From positions 17,265 through 81,264 of the IMG/VR virus record IMGVR_UViG_3300032240_001333: a stretch of 64,000 nt of DNA. One strand, given 5' to 3'. A program made the translations under genes and the position numbers. The notes under the pieces were generated by a model that saw nothing but the letters and a program-made list of their open reading frames with translations, searched no databases and was not told the origin of the DNA. Positions 9,378-19,327 of the stretch are shown one piece after another (within the stretch, counting starts at the first letter, position 1; each line of letters opens with the position of its first letter). The stretch comes from a virus.

Positions 9378-10484
9378 ATGGCTAAAGAAGGATACAAACC
9401 AACCGCAGGAATGCAGTCAGCAGCACGTCGTGCTATTAAATTAAAAGAGCAAGGCAAAGCAAAAGGTGCTGGTACAGCAGTAGGATGGACTCGTGCAGGA
9501 CAACTTGCTAGAGGAGAATCTTTAAGTTTAGATACAGTAAAAAGAATGTATTCTTTCTTTTCACGCCATGAAGTAGATAAAAAAGGTAAGGACTGGGGTA
9601 ACGCAGAAAATCCATCAAATGGAAAAATTATGTGGTTAGCTTGGGGCGGAGATGCAGGATTTTCTTGGTCAAGAGCAATTGTAAACCGTGAAAAGAATAA
9701 AGTTAATAAAGCATACGGCAATGAGATTGTAGAAGAAATTAAATCAATGTTTGATGATGTCATTGATCCAATTACAGAAGAAATTCAAATTGATGATACA
9801 GAAGAAATTCAAAAAGCATTAAGAGCAGAAGTTTCTAGAGAGCAATTGTATGAATTAGTACAACATTTACATGAGGCAATTGAAGCCTTAGTTGAAACTC
9901 CAGACACTATAGAAGAAGATGATATGGCGGAAGAGTCTGATATTATGATCGAAGATGCTAATCCAGGAAACCCAGCTCCAATAGGAGATCCCGATAAAAA
10001 TCCTATTAATTGGCCAATTGCTAAATCTGAAGAAATGGAAGATTTAAATAAAGCCAAAGATAAATATGATAATGTAATTAAACCTAGAAAAGGTGAACCA
10101 GCAGATAAAGAATTATATGCCAGGATTATTGCTGAAGCTAAAAGAAAATTTGATGTATATCCATCTGCATATGCAAATGGATGGGTAGTTCAAGAATATA
10201 AAAAGCGTGGAGGAACATATAAAGTGTCAAAAAATATATTTGAAGGATCATTTGACCCATATGATTTAGTAAAACGTAAATTTAGTCCTGAGTCAAGAAG
10301 AAGAATGGCAGATTCAGGAAATGCAATGCCAGATGGATCTTATCCAATTGGCAATAAACAGGATTTAATGAATGCTATTCGTTCATGGGGACGTGGCGGA
10401 TCAGATCCAAAAGTTAAAGCACATATCAAGCGTCGTGCAAAGGAATTAGGCGCCGAAGATATGATTCCAGAAAATTGGAAATAA
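9378..10484 (+). CDS. Multi-module phage protein, three basic domains with acidic linker
   Basis: AWGGDAG module, YPSAYANGW module, MPDGSYPI...HIKRRAKELG module. Confidence 0.7.
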   Translation: MAKEGYKPTAGMQSAARRAIKLKEQGKAKGAGTAVGWTRAGQLARGESLSLDTVKRMYSFFSRHEVDKKGKDWGNAENPSNGKIMWLAWGGDAGFSWSRAIVNREKNKVNKAYGNEIVEEIKSMFDDVIDPITEEIQIDDTEEIQKALRAEVSREQLYELVQHLHEAIEALVETPDTIEEDDMAEESDIMIEDANPGNPAPIGDPDKNPINWPIAKSEEMEDLNKAKDKYDNVIKPRKGEPADKELYARIIAEAKRKFDVYPSAYANGWVVQEYKKRGGTYKVSKNIFEGSFDPYDLVKRKFSPESRRRMADSGNAMPDGSYPIGNKQDLMNAIRSWGRGGSDPKVKAHIKRRAKELGAEDMIPENWK

Positions 10485-10563
10485 TTATAAAAAACAGTTG
10501 ACAAGGCTTAAAAAATCCCTGTATAATAGTATGCAGGGATTCGCCCTTTATATTTAAGGAAAA

Positions 10564-10794
10564 ATGTTACATTTAAACGAACTTGGTGTAAACGTATTTA
10601 TAAATAAATATAAATCATTAGTAAATGAAGCTTATTGGAATAATTACGATTTAATTATTTGGAAAAAAAATCAAAATGGATTTTTTAATGTAAAAGGAAT
10701 GTTTAAAAATTCTTGGGGCACAGCAGATAAAGTATCTGTAAATTATAATGGAATGTGGGTTTTACCAAAACAATATGTCAAATATTTTAAATGA
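10564..10794 (+). CDS. Hypothetical protein
   Basis: RBS AAGGA, downstream of TTGACA/TATAAT promoter at about 10498-10527. Confidence 0.65.
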   Translation: MLHLNELGVNVFINKYKSLVNEAYWNNYDLIIWKKNQNGFFNVKGMFKNSWGTADKVSVNYNGMWVLPKQYVKYFK

Positions 10795-11086
10795 TTTAGG
10801 TGTTGATAAAGACGATCTGGATTGGTGGCACCTTTCAGTATGTCGTGGCATGGATACTAATTTATTTTATGATAAATATGAAAATGATCCAAAGATTGCA
10901 AAAAATATAGATGAGGCATGTCTAGCGTGTCCAGTAATATCTATGTGTTATAAAAATGGAGTTAGCAATAATGAATACGGAGTATGGGGCGGAGTTTATT
11001 TAAGTTCTGGCGCAATAGATAAAGCTAGAAATATTCATAAAACACCAGACGTATGGAAAAAATTAAAGGCAAAGAATGTTCATTGA
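10775..11086 (+). CDS. whiB: WhiB-family Fe-S transcription factor
   Basis: W...C...CxxCPV...C and GVWGG. Confidence 0.9.
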   Translation: MSNILNDLGVDKDDLDWWHLSVCRGMDTNLFYDKYENDPKIAKNIDEACLACPVISMCYKNGVSNNEYGVWGGVYLSSGAIDKARNIHKTPDVWKKLKAKNVH

Positions 11087-11393
11087 TAAAAACAAAGATC
11101 ATTTTAAATATGGAATTAACCAATGGACTGGGGAACCAAACAAACCAGTTTTTTATACACCAGAAATGGCAAAAGCTTTAAGAGGAATAACTAAACCAGT
11201 AAACAACTTACAAATGGATGTTGTTAAATATCCAGAATTTTTAGCATTAAGATTATATGAAGATAACTTTATACAATTTGAAGGAGTTAAAAAAGAAATG
11301 GTCATTGATTATGTAGCAAAAGCAAAAAAGCTAATTGAATCATATGGCGTAAGATGCGTGCTGGAAGGAGTCCCTAGTGAAAGAGTACTATGA
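11076..11393 (+). CDS. Hypothetical protein
   Basis: Overlapping operon ORF. Confidence 0.7.
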   Translation: MFIDKNKDHFKYGINQWTGEPNKPVFYTPEMAKALRGITKPVNNLQMDVVKYPEFLALRLYEDNFIQFEGVKKEMVIDYVAKAKKLIESYGVRCVLEGVPSERVL

Positions 11394-11580
11394 TAGAGTT
11401 TTAATAGTTTTTATTCACGATATGGGAATATATGGATCTACAGAAAAATTAGGAGCATTTGCTTCTATAATTAAATATACAATAAATGGAGTGGAGCATG
11501 AAGAGTTGATTGATAATGATGAATTTGCAATCATGGATGAGTTAGTATTTACACACGTAGAAGAGGATTATAATGGATAA
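11377..11580 (+). CDS. Hypothetical protein
   Basis: Overlapping operon ORF. Confidence 0.6.
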   Translation: MKEYYDRVLIVFIHDMGIYGSTEKLGAFASIIKYTINGVEHEELIDNDEFAIMDELVFTHVEEDYNG

Positions 11581-11809
11581 AGTACTTTGTTACTCATGTA
11601 ATAAATCAAAAAATAAGCTAAATGTAAAAAAGTCTAGTTTACTAGCAATTAATTTATTAATGTGTGAAGGATGTATTACATCTAAATTTGAACCACGTTG
11701 GTTAATTGTAATTGCTGGAAGACAAAATGGTGCGGATTCAGTAAGAGAATTTGTATTAAAAAAGAAGTATGTTGGAAATGAAATCTCTGCTTCTGAATTA
11801 TTAATTTAG
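11573..11809 (+). CDS. Zn-finger hypothetical protein
   Basis: CxxC...CxxC. Confidence 0.7.
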   Translation: MDKVLCYSCNKSKNKLNVKKSSLLAINLLMCEGCITSKFEPRWLIVIAGRQNGADSVREFVLKKKYVGNEISASELLI

Positions 11810-11838
11810 CAAACATTTACGGTATAATATGATATATA

Positions 11839-12147
11839 ATGACCCTAGACCTGAACTCTATAATTATTGCCATAGCTGCAGCCGTATTGTCTGGCATGGG
11901 AACGGCAATTATTGCTGGATTGAACGATAATAAAAAAGAAAAAAATAGACAAAAAGAACGAGAACAAGATCAATTAAAATTAGAGGTTAAAGATCTTAAA
12001 ATTGAATTATATCAATTAGAAAAAGAATTAACTGACTGGAAAGATAAATATTATGATGCTATTCAGGAATTAATTTTAATTAAATCTGAGCTTGAAAATG
12101 CGCTTAGAGACCTTTCTGAGGTGGAATTTAACGAAAAAGAAGACTAG
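11839..12147 (+). CDS. Membrane-anchored coiled-coil protein
   Basis: N-terminal TM followed by heptads. Confidence 0.7.
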   Translation: MTLDLNSIIIAIAAAVLSGMGTAIIAGLNDNKKEKNRQKEREQDQLKLEVKDLKIELYQLEKELTDWKDKYYDAIQELILIKSELENALRDLSEVEFNEKED

Positions 12148-12179
12148 ACCTTCGAATTTATAAATAGTATACTAGTACT

Positions 12180-12749
12180 ATGACTGCCGTAGTAGCCCTA
12201 ATTCATGAAAATAAAGTCCTCTTAGGAGGAGATGCTGCTGCATCCGATGATAAAAGTGGTTTAATTTTTTCTAGAACAGATCCAAAAGTATTTAAAGTAG
12301 GACAATTTGGTATTGCATTTGTTGATAGTTTTAGAATGGGACAAATTTTACAATACAACTGGATCCCACCAGTTTATAAGCCAAGTGCTGGATTTAAAAA
12401 CTTAGATAAATTTATGAGAACTAAATTTGTAGAGTCTATCAAAGAAGCATTTAAAGAAAATGGATATGGAAACCAAGTTCCAGGATCAAGCGAAGATGGT
12501 GATGAAGGCGGAGTATTCATTATTGCAGTTCAAGGTGCAGGCAGAATTTTTACAATGGATTCAGATTTTCATATAGGTGAAGCAGATTTACAATATATGG
12601 CAGAAGGAGCAGGACAAGAAATAGCTTTAGGTTCATTATTTTCTACCACATCTATTAAGACCCCTCGTAAACGTGTTAGAATGGCTCTAGAAGCCTCTGC
12701 CAAGTTCAACATGTCAGTCAGACCCCCATTTACAATAATTGAAGTTTAA
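12180..12749 (+). CDS. Ntn-hydrolase (HslV/proteasome beta-like) protease
   Basis: N-terminal M-T, GGD, KVF, GAG..ALG, VRPPF. Confidence 0.8.
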   Translation: MTAVVALIHENKVLLGGDAAASDDKSGLIFSRTDPKVFKVGQFGIAFVDSFRMGQILQYNWIPPVYKPSAGFKNLDKFMRTKFVESIKEAFKENGYGNQVPGSSEDGDEGGVFIIAVQGAGRIFTMDSDFHIGEADLQYMAEGAGQEIALGSLFSTTSIKTPRKRVRMALEASAKFNMSVRPPFTIIEV

Positions 12750-12763
12750 AGTATAATAATATT

Positions 12764-12976
12764 ATGGATGATATTGGAGATTTAAGCCCTAAGAATTACT
12801 CTCAGGCTATGGATCTAAGAGGTACTCCAACACATGTATGTCCATGCGGTTGTTTTGTATGGAATGTTAAAGTAACTTTTTATGATTATGAAATTGTTCA
12901 ATATTTTTTAGATATGGAATGTGCAAACTGCGGAAGCTTAGCAACCGCCCCAACACCAGAGGATAGGCCAGAATGA
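12764..12976 (+). CDS. Zn-ribbon protein
   Basis: CPCG...CANCG. Confidence 0.7.
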   Translation: MDDIGDLSPKNYSQAMDLRGTPTHVCPCGCFVWNVKVTFYDYEIVQYFLDMECANCGSLATAPTPEDRPE

Positions 12977-13175
12977 GAAAATCAGAAAGACTAAGACTAC
13001 TTGAAATGCAAATTATTAAAATGGAATTTGAATTAGATTTATTAAACAATATGCTTGCAACTTTATTAGAAGCCAACAACCTTGCTCAGCCACAATTAGA
13101 TGCTGGTAAGTGGTATCAAAGAAGGCTAGATAAAAACTCTTGACATATACCCTACTAATTTAGTAGAATGTAGAC

Positions 13176-14108
13176 ATGAATAAAAAATTAATAACTGCAA
13201 TTTCAGCGGTAACTTTAATGCTACCAATTACATTTATTACTGCAGAGGCTAAGGCGGATACACAAGCCCCTGCAGTTGCTGTATTAGATACAGCCTTAGA
13301 TACTTCATTACCAATTTTTAAAGATAGAATTGCATATGAAGTATGTATTTTGGAATGGGCCTCATGTCCAAATGGTCAAAAGTTTATGGAAGGCACAGGA
13401 TCAACAGTGCTTCCATCAAATATTATTTTACAAAATGGGTTTGATCATGGAACACAAATGGCATCAATTGTTGCCAATACAGATCCAAACGTTAAAATTG
13501 TATTTGTTAGGATTATTGGAAATACAAAAGCTGGTGCACGACAAACTACTAGCGAATCAACTGTAGCGTTAGCATTAAAATGGGTATTAGATAATAAAGA
13601 TCGTTTTAATATTCAAGCAGTTTCAATGTCTCAGGGTCATCATAATTTAACTACTTTAACTGATTACTGTCCTAAAACAACAATGACTAAATCATTAGTA
13701 ACATCGTTAATGCAGGCACAAATTCCAACTTTTTTTCCTGCTGGTAATGGAAGGGATTATGAAAGATTAGATTGGCCAGCATGTATTGACGAATCAATTT
13801 CTGTTGGAATGACAGATCAATATTCACAAATTGATAATTATTCTAATTATGATTTTAAAAAATTAGATTTTTATGCTTTGGGTAATTTATTAGTAACTAT
13901 GCCAGGAGGTATTGTTAAGTATGCTGCTGGCACTTCAGCATCGACACAAGTTGCAGCAACTACTTGGGTAGCAGTTAAAAATAAAAATCCTAATTTAACT
14001 TATCAACAAATATTTGATATTCTTTCAAAAACCTCAACCTCAACTAGAGGTTCTAGAGGACAGGTTGGTAAATTAATTGACTATAAAGGAGCATTAGATG
14101 TCAGATAG
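13176..14108 (+). CDS. Secreted subtilisin-like S8 peptidase
   Basis: Signal peptide, VAVLDT, HGTQMAS, AGN, GTSAS. Confidence 0.9.
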   Translation: MNKKLITAISAVTLMLPITFITAEAKADTQAPAVAVLDTALDTSLPIFKDRIAYEVCILEWASCPNGQKFMEGTGSTVLPSNIILQNGFDHGTQMASIVANTDPNVKIVFVRIIGNTKAGARQTTSESTVALALKWVLDNKDRFNIQAVSMSQGHHNLTTLTDYCPKTTMTKSLVTSLMQAQIPTFFPAGNGRDYERLDWPACIDESISVGMTDQYSQIDNYSNYDFKKLDFYALGNLLVTMPGGIVKYAAGTSASTQVAATTWVAVKNKNPNLTYQQIFDILSKTSTSTRGSRGQVGKLIDYKGALDVR

Positions 14109-14307
14109 AATGACAGTTCTTGAAGAAATTATTAAAGAAGTTTCTGCAGAGTTGTATCAAAAATGGTACAACGCAATGCCAGAAGAAGAAAAAAATGAAT
14201 CTTCATCTGAAGCTTTGGCTAAAAATGCTGGAGAAACCACATTTTTTGTAGTCCAAACTTTTATGAATAAGTTTAATTCAGCAGCAGAAGAGTTAAAAGA
14301 TAAGTAA
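14098..14307 (+). CDS. Hypothetical protein
   Basis: AAAGGAG RBS, overlaps neighbours. Confidence 0.65.
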   Translation: MSDRMTVLEEIIKEVSAELYQKWYNAMPEEEKNESSSEALAKNAGETTFFVVQTFMNKFNSAAEELKDK

Positions 14308-14612
14308 TGATAGAGATTACAGATCTAACATTTACCGATCATTTATCTCAACATGATATACTAGTAGTTGATTTTTGGGCCACATGGTGTAGACCATGCA
14401 AAATGTTTTCCCCAATTTTAGAAGAAATTGCTAAAGAAAATAACATTTGGATTGCTAAGATTGATGTAGATGAAAACCCAGAATCTGCTCAAAAGTATGA
14501 AATCTCATCAGTACCAACTACAATAGTATTTGAAAAAAAAATGCCAGTTAAAACAATAATTGGTGCAAAGCCAAAACATCAAATGCTTGAGGAATTAAAA
14601 CAATGGCTATAG
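14307..14612 (+). CDS. trxA: Thioredoxin
   Basis: DFWATWCRPCK, SVPT. Confidence 0.92.
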   Translation: MIEITDLTFTDHLSQHDILVVDFWATWCRPCKMFSPILEEIAKENNIWIAKIDVDENPESAQKYEISSVPTTIVFEKKMPVKTIIGAKPKHQMLEELKQWL

Positions 14613-14825
14613 AATTTCTTGATGTTCAATCTTGGTATGAATATGGTCGCAAAAAGAATTGGGTATCAGAAGTATTTTGTGATACACATGAAGGCCCTCC
14701 ATTAACTGATGAAGAGGCTAAAGATTGGGAAGAGGGCGGAGATCCTTGCTCTTTCCATATTAAATTATGGGATCAATAGAATTCCACGCCCATAAGGGGT
14801 GGATGTTAAAGGAGAAAAAAAATAA

Positions 14826-16442
14826 ATGAGTTCATTTAAAGATATGTCTAAACTGAAGCGTATAGCTATCGCTACAGTTTTAGCATTGACGTTTGGTGCG
14901 TTATCAGCACTCCCGTCTAATGCAGCACACAATGCAGACACCTTATCACTTGATACTAATTCAACTACAATTATTGCTGGTGAAACAGCAACCGCAGTTG
15001 CATCTGTATCATTTTTGGCAACAAACTCAGGAGATACAATTACATTGACATCTTCTGTTGTTAGCTTACCTTCAGGTGCTGCACAATTGGCAGTTCTTTC
15101 TGTAAAGGAAACTACTAGTGCAGTTGTAACAGTATCAGCAGATAAATATACTGCAGATATTTCATCAACAACTAATAGTCTTACAGCAGTATCTGCTAAA
15201 TTAAACTTAAATCTTGTTGCTCCAAGCGTTGCTGGAACATACGTAATTAAGTTAACACCTACAGTAAAAGGTGGCGGAGGATCATTAAATTCATCTGCAG
15301 TCCTATGGTCAGTAGTAGTAACAGCAAAAGATGTTTATGCATCTGCTTCAACAACTACATCAATCATTAATTCAGGTGAAACAATTTCAGCAACTACTGA
15401 TGCAACAGTATATGCTTCAAAAACAGTATCTTCCGATGCTGCAGCAGTTATTGTTGTAACACAAAAAAATGCTGCTGGATCTTCTGTTGCAGAGTCATTA
15501 ACAGCAACTGTTTTAGGATCTGGTTTAGTTGGTGCTGGTTCAAACCATGCAACAATGTCAGCATTGGGTCGCTCAATTTCAGTTAAAGCTGGAGATTATA
15601 TTGGTGTATTTGCTGACGGTACTTCTGGTACTGGTGCAGTAACTATTACATCACAATCTGGTGTAGTACTAGCAACAGAAAAAATAACATTCTATGGTGA
15701 TGTTGCTAAGGTAGTAACTACTGTAAAGAAGCCTGTAATTGCTACAGGAACAACAACAGATGTTCTATCTGCAGTAGCATACGATGCTAATGGAGTTATT
15801 GTAGGTTCTGGAACTCTTACTGCAACATCTTCTGATCTAGCAGTAATTAGTAATTCAGCAACATCTGCTTCAATCGTAAATGGTGAAGCATTATTCCCTC
15901 TAACTGGTGTAAAAACTGGTGCTGCAGGTATTGTTGTAAAGAGCGGATCAATTTCTGCAGATACAGCAACTGTACGTGTAGAAGGAACTGCTGGTTCAGT
16001 TAAGTTAGCTTTTGATAAGGCTACATATGCTCCAGGAGAAGCAGCATTAATTACAGTTACAGTTCTTGATACTGTAGGATTAGTAATGTCTTCAAAGACA
16101 CAATCTAATCTATTTGCAGATGGTGGAATTGTTTCAAGTTATGCATTCTCATCAGGAGATACCCTTACTGCAGTATCTGTAACTACAGATGCTAATGGTG
16201 TAAAGACATACAAGGTATTTATGCCAGCAACAGAAGGTGCTGTTACAATTACAGCAAAAGGTGGAACATTGCTTCCAGTTGCATCTCGTGTAGATGTAAC
16301 CGCATCAGCAACAGTAGTAAACTCAGCAACAACTGCTCTTACTCAAATTGCTGCTTTGGCTGCTACCGTAACATCTCTTAAGACTTTAATTAATACCCTT
16401 ATGGCTATTATTTTAAAGATTCAAAAGAAAGTTAAGGCCTAA
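14826..16442 (+). CDS. Secreted Ala/Thr/Ser/Val-rich Ig-like or S-layer-like protein
   Basis: Signal peptide AxA, beta-rich repeats, C-terminal amphipathic helix ending KIQKKVKA. Confidence 0.7.
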   Translation: MSSFKDMSKLKRIAIATVLALTFGALSALPSNAAHNADTLSLDTNSTTIIAGETATAVASVSFLATNSGDTITLTSSVVSLPSGAAQLAVLSVKETTSAVVTVSADKYTADISSTTNSLTAVSAKLNLNLVAPSVAGTYVIKLTPTVKGGGGSLNSSAVLWSVVVTAKDVYASASTTTSIINSGETISATTDATVYASKTVSSDAAAVIVVTQKNAAGSSVAESLTATVLGSGLVGAGSNHATMSALGRSISVKAGDYIGVFADGTSGTGAVTITSQSGVVLATEKITFYGDVAKVVTTVKKPVIATGTTTDVLSAVAYDANGVIVGSGTLTATSSDLAVISNSATSASIVNGEALFPLTGVKTGAAGIVVKSGSISADTATVRVEGTAGSVKLAFDKATYAPGEAALITVTVLDTVGLVMSSKTQSNLFADGGIVSSYAFSSGDTLTAVSVTTDANGVKTYKVFMPATEGAVTITAKGGTLLPVASRVDVTASATVVNSATTALTQIAALAATVTSLKTLINTLMAIILKIQKKVKA

Positions 16443-16454
16443 ATAAATTAATAT

Positions 16455-16486
16455 TGGGGCAAGGGAAACCTTGCCCCTTTATTTTT
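16455..16486 (+). terminator. Intrinsic terminator
   Basis: GGGGCAAGG-GAAA-CCTTGCCCC then T tract. Confidence 0.85.
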
Positions 16487-16632
16487 AAAATGGTAAAATA
16501 GATTTATGGACTACATAGAAGACCAAATTCGAGAAAAAATTTTGCAGGAAATTAAATATTTAGAATTACCACACGAATGGAAACCGCAGGAAGTAATTAG
16601 CTATATAGTAAATAAATTAAGTAGGGGGAATT

Positions 16633-16851
16633 ATGGATAGTAAAAAAAGAAGTTTGTATAAGTCAATAACTTGGCCATTAGTACATATGGCATTTGTTGG
16701 TACATTAGTATATTTTTTTGAAAAAGTTATTACTGGTGAGGCACATTGGGAATATGCTGGGGGATTTGCAATAATTTATACATTATGTGAAATGTTAGGA
16801 TTTTTTTTACATGAAAGAGTTTGGGCAAGATTTGGGAAAGGAGTAGAGTGA
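16633..16851 (+). CDS. DUF2061-like membrane protein
   Basis: RSLYKSITW...FFLHERVW. Confidence 0.75.
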   Translation: MDSKKRSLYKSITWPLVHMAFVGTLVYFFEKVITGEAHWEYAGGFAIIYTLCEMLGFFLHERVWARFGKGVE

Positions 16852-16990
16852 ACTTAGTAAGTAAAGCAGAAAATCCATTAGTACACAGCATGTGTGAAAA
16901 AGGAAATTGTGAAAATAAAGCAACTAGAATCATTAAAGATTTAAATGTTTACACATGGGTTTGTGAAAATTGTTATGGAATATATAGACC

Positions 16991-17614
16991 TTGATAAAAA
17001 ATATAAATAATAAAATTTATATAATTGAAAATTATATTTCTGAAGGTACTTCTAAATTTATAACAGACGTATATAATGAATCACTATATGATTCTCCAAG
17101 CTATCAAATTAAAGGCGGACCATCTTTAAAACCAGATGACGGATATACTTTTCAATGTGGTAAAACAATTGACCAATATAATGGAAATTTAAATCACGAT
17201 GTAGCAGTAGATATATTAACTATGATTTGTACATCAATGACTAAAACAATATCAGATTTTGCTGATAAGCAAATGGATATTAAAACTATGTTTTATGGAC
17301 TAATGCTTCCAGGATCTAAAAATGAACTGCATTCAGATAATTACTTAGAAATAAACAATGAGGATAGTCTTAGACAAAATTCAAAAGATGATTGGTCTGG
17401 ATTACTGTATTTAAATGATTCATATGAGGGTGGACTTTTAGAATTTCCTGAAGAGGAGTTTTCAATAAAACCTAAAATTGGTACATTTATATTTTTTAAA
17501 GGGGATCATAATTTACCCCATAGAGTTTCAGAAGTAACAGGCGGATCTAGAAATGTAATAATATCCTTTTTTTGGCCAAAAGAATACCGTGGTTTAGACA
17601 CTATTTTAGGCTAG
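16991..17614 (+). CDS. 2OG-Fe(II) oxygenase
   Basis: HSD, LYLNDSYEGG, HRV, R. Confidence 0.88.
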   Translation: MIKNINNKIYIIENYISEGTSKFITDVYNESLYDSPSYQIKGGPSLKPDDGYTFQCGKTIDQYNGNLNHDVAVDILTMICTSMTKTISDFADKQMDIKTMFYGLMLPGSKNELHSDNYLEINNEDSLRQNSKDDWSGLLYLNDSYEGGLLEFPEEEFSIKPKIGTFIFFKGDHNLPHRVSEVTGGSRNVIISFFWPKEYRGLDTILG

Positions 17615-17693
17615 TAATTTCTTAAATGCTATAATAGACCTATAGATGGATTTCTAGACCCATCTAAATTAAACAACCTATAGGAGAAATAAA

Positions 17694-17894
17694 ATGTCAG
17701 ACGGTATTAATACAACAGGATTTACAGACCCAAAAGTTAACCCATCATCACCATGGGCAACAGAGTCTTACACAGAAGCACCAGCTTCTGCTTTTCCAGC
17801 AAAAGATATGTCATCACAAGGCAATGCAGGATTAAATGGAGAAGGATCTTCATCCGCTCTTCCAATTTCTGGCGCAGACGAATCGGATATGTAG
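17694..17894 (+). CDS. Small low-complexity acidic protein
   Basis: AGGAG RBS, first of four coupled small ORFs. Confidence 0.7.
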   Translation: MSDGINTTGFTDPKVNPSSPWATESYTEAPASAFPAKDMSSQGNAGLNGEGSSSALPISGADESDM

Positions 17895-17896
17895 TT

Positions 17897-18052
17897 ATGT
17901 GTGAAATGTGTGGATGCGGTAGCCAAGAATTTATGGGCGTACCATTAAAATCATTTTCAGATAAAGATATGTCGGCTCAAGGACAATCTGGAACAACTAA
18001 TACAATGGTTAATTCTATTGAATCAATGAGAGAATTTGGAGCAGGAAAATAA
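17897..18052 (+). CDS. Small protein MCEMCGCG...
   Basis: Start reassigned to 17897; shares KDMSxQG with the upstream ORF. Confidence 0.6.
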   Translation: MCEMCGCGSQEFMGVPLKSFSDKDMSAQGQSGTTNTMVNSIESMREFGAGK

Positions 18053-18192
18053 TGTCAGATACAAATGTAACTGGAGAAGCTCAGGTTATCAGATCGGGAA
18101 ATATGTTTTCAACTGATTCACAAGATACCCTTGGAACTCAAATGGAAATGCCTTTAACTGCAGCACCTGAAGTAGAAATTAATAACAAGTAA
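18052..18192 (+). CDS. Small acidic protein (not in ORF track)
   Basis: TAATG overlaps at both ends. Confidence 0.65.
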   Translation: MSDTNVTGEAQVIRSGNMFSTDSQDTLGTQMEMPLTAAPEVEINNK

Positions 18193-18422
18193 TGTCATCA
18201 TTTAAAAAAGATGACGGTACTGGAATGCAAGCACCAGCCGAAACTGGAGCAGCAGGAGCAGTTAGTTCTTCTCAAGTTGGACGAAAAAATCCATCACAAG
18301 GAAAACTTAGATCAGGAATTAATGATCAAAGATCAATGACAAGAATTGATCGTAATAAACATGGTATTCGTAGAGAAACAAATCTAGGTGCCAAAAAAAC
18401 AGGTAGACCAAAGAAAGTATAG
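18192..18422 (+). CDS. Small basic disordered protein
   Basis: TAATG coupling; C-terminal KKTGRPKK (AT-hook-like). Confidence 0.7.
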   Translation: MSSFKKDDGTGMQAPAETGAAGAVSSSQVGRKNPSQGKLRSGINDQRSMTRIDRNKHGIRRETNLGAKKTGRPKKV

Positions 18423-18532
18423 TTTATGTGCACAAAATCAATATCTAGTTCTTCGGAGCTAGATATTGACATTTTAAATACCATAGACGATCAAATAGAT
18501 AAAGCCGAAAGTACGGGATTAATTTAATAATT

Positions 18533-19327
18533 ATGAATACAATAACTACTATTGATTTTCCTGGATATGATGAAATAAAAAATAATTTTAAAAAATACAA
18601 AGAAATATTTATTAATAATAAAATAATAGCATTTCGAAATGCAAATATTGATTTTAATATGCAAACCAAAATAATGCATTTATTTGGAGATAATTTAGGA
18701 TGGTATCCTAATTCAAATAATCCAGAATCATCTGATTATATAGAAGATCATCATAAACATATGAATAATAATAATACTAATAAAAAAGATAGTATTATGT
18801 TAGCTTGGCATCAAGAACATGTTGCTACTACTGGCAAGCCATTAGTAAGTGGATTATGGAATATGACTTTATTTAACTGTAACCCAGACACTGGAAAAAC
18901 TTATTTTATAGATATGTCAAAGTTTTATTATTCTTTATTAAAAGAAGATCAATTATTTTTAGATAAATGTAAAGCAATGGTTAACATAGAAGATTCATTT
19001 TTTATATACGATGTAGTTTCAAACCATTGGATAACAAATGAAAAAGTATTAAGAACATATTTTGATGATGAAATAGTAGAATTAATTGAATTTGATTCAA
19101 AAGAGCCATCAGAAATAGAAAAAAATAAATTTAATTATTTATCTAAATATATTTCTAATGAAATTAATTTTAATGAAGATATAAAAATGCAACATATATG
19201 GCAACAAGGAGACTTATTAGTTCCTGATTTATTTAAATTAGCACATGCAGTAAGTGGTGGATTTAATAAAAATGAAAGAAAGCTAGAAGGAATGTTTGGT
19301 AAGTTAGAACCTTGGGGTAAAGGTTAA
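18533..19327 (+). CDS. TauD/TfdA-like dioxygenase
   Basis: WHQE, GKTYFID, HxWQQGDLLVxD...HA, R. Confidence 0.8.
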   Translation: MNTITTIDFPGYDEIKNNFKKYKEIFINNKIIAFRNANIDFNMQTKIMHLFGDNLGWYPNSNNPESSDYIEDHHKHMNNNNTNKKDSIMLAWHQEHVATTGKPLVSGLWNMTLFNCNPDTGKTYFIDMSKFYYSLLKEDQLFLDKCKAMVNIEDSFFIYDVVSNHWITNEKVLRTYFDDEIVELIEFDSKEPSEIEKNKFNYLSKYISNEINFNEDIKMQHIWQQGDLLVPDLFKLAHAVSGGFNKNERKLEGMFGKLEPWGKG

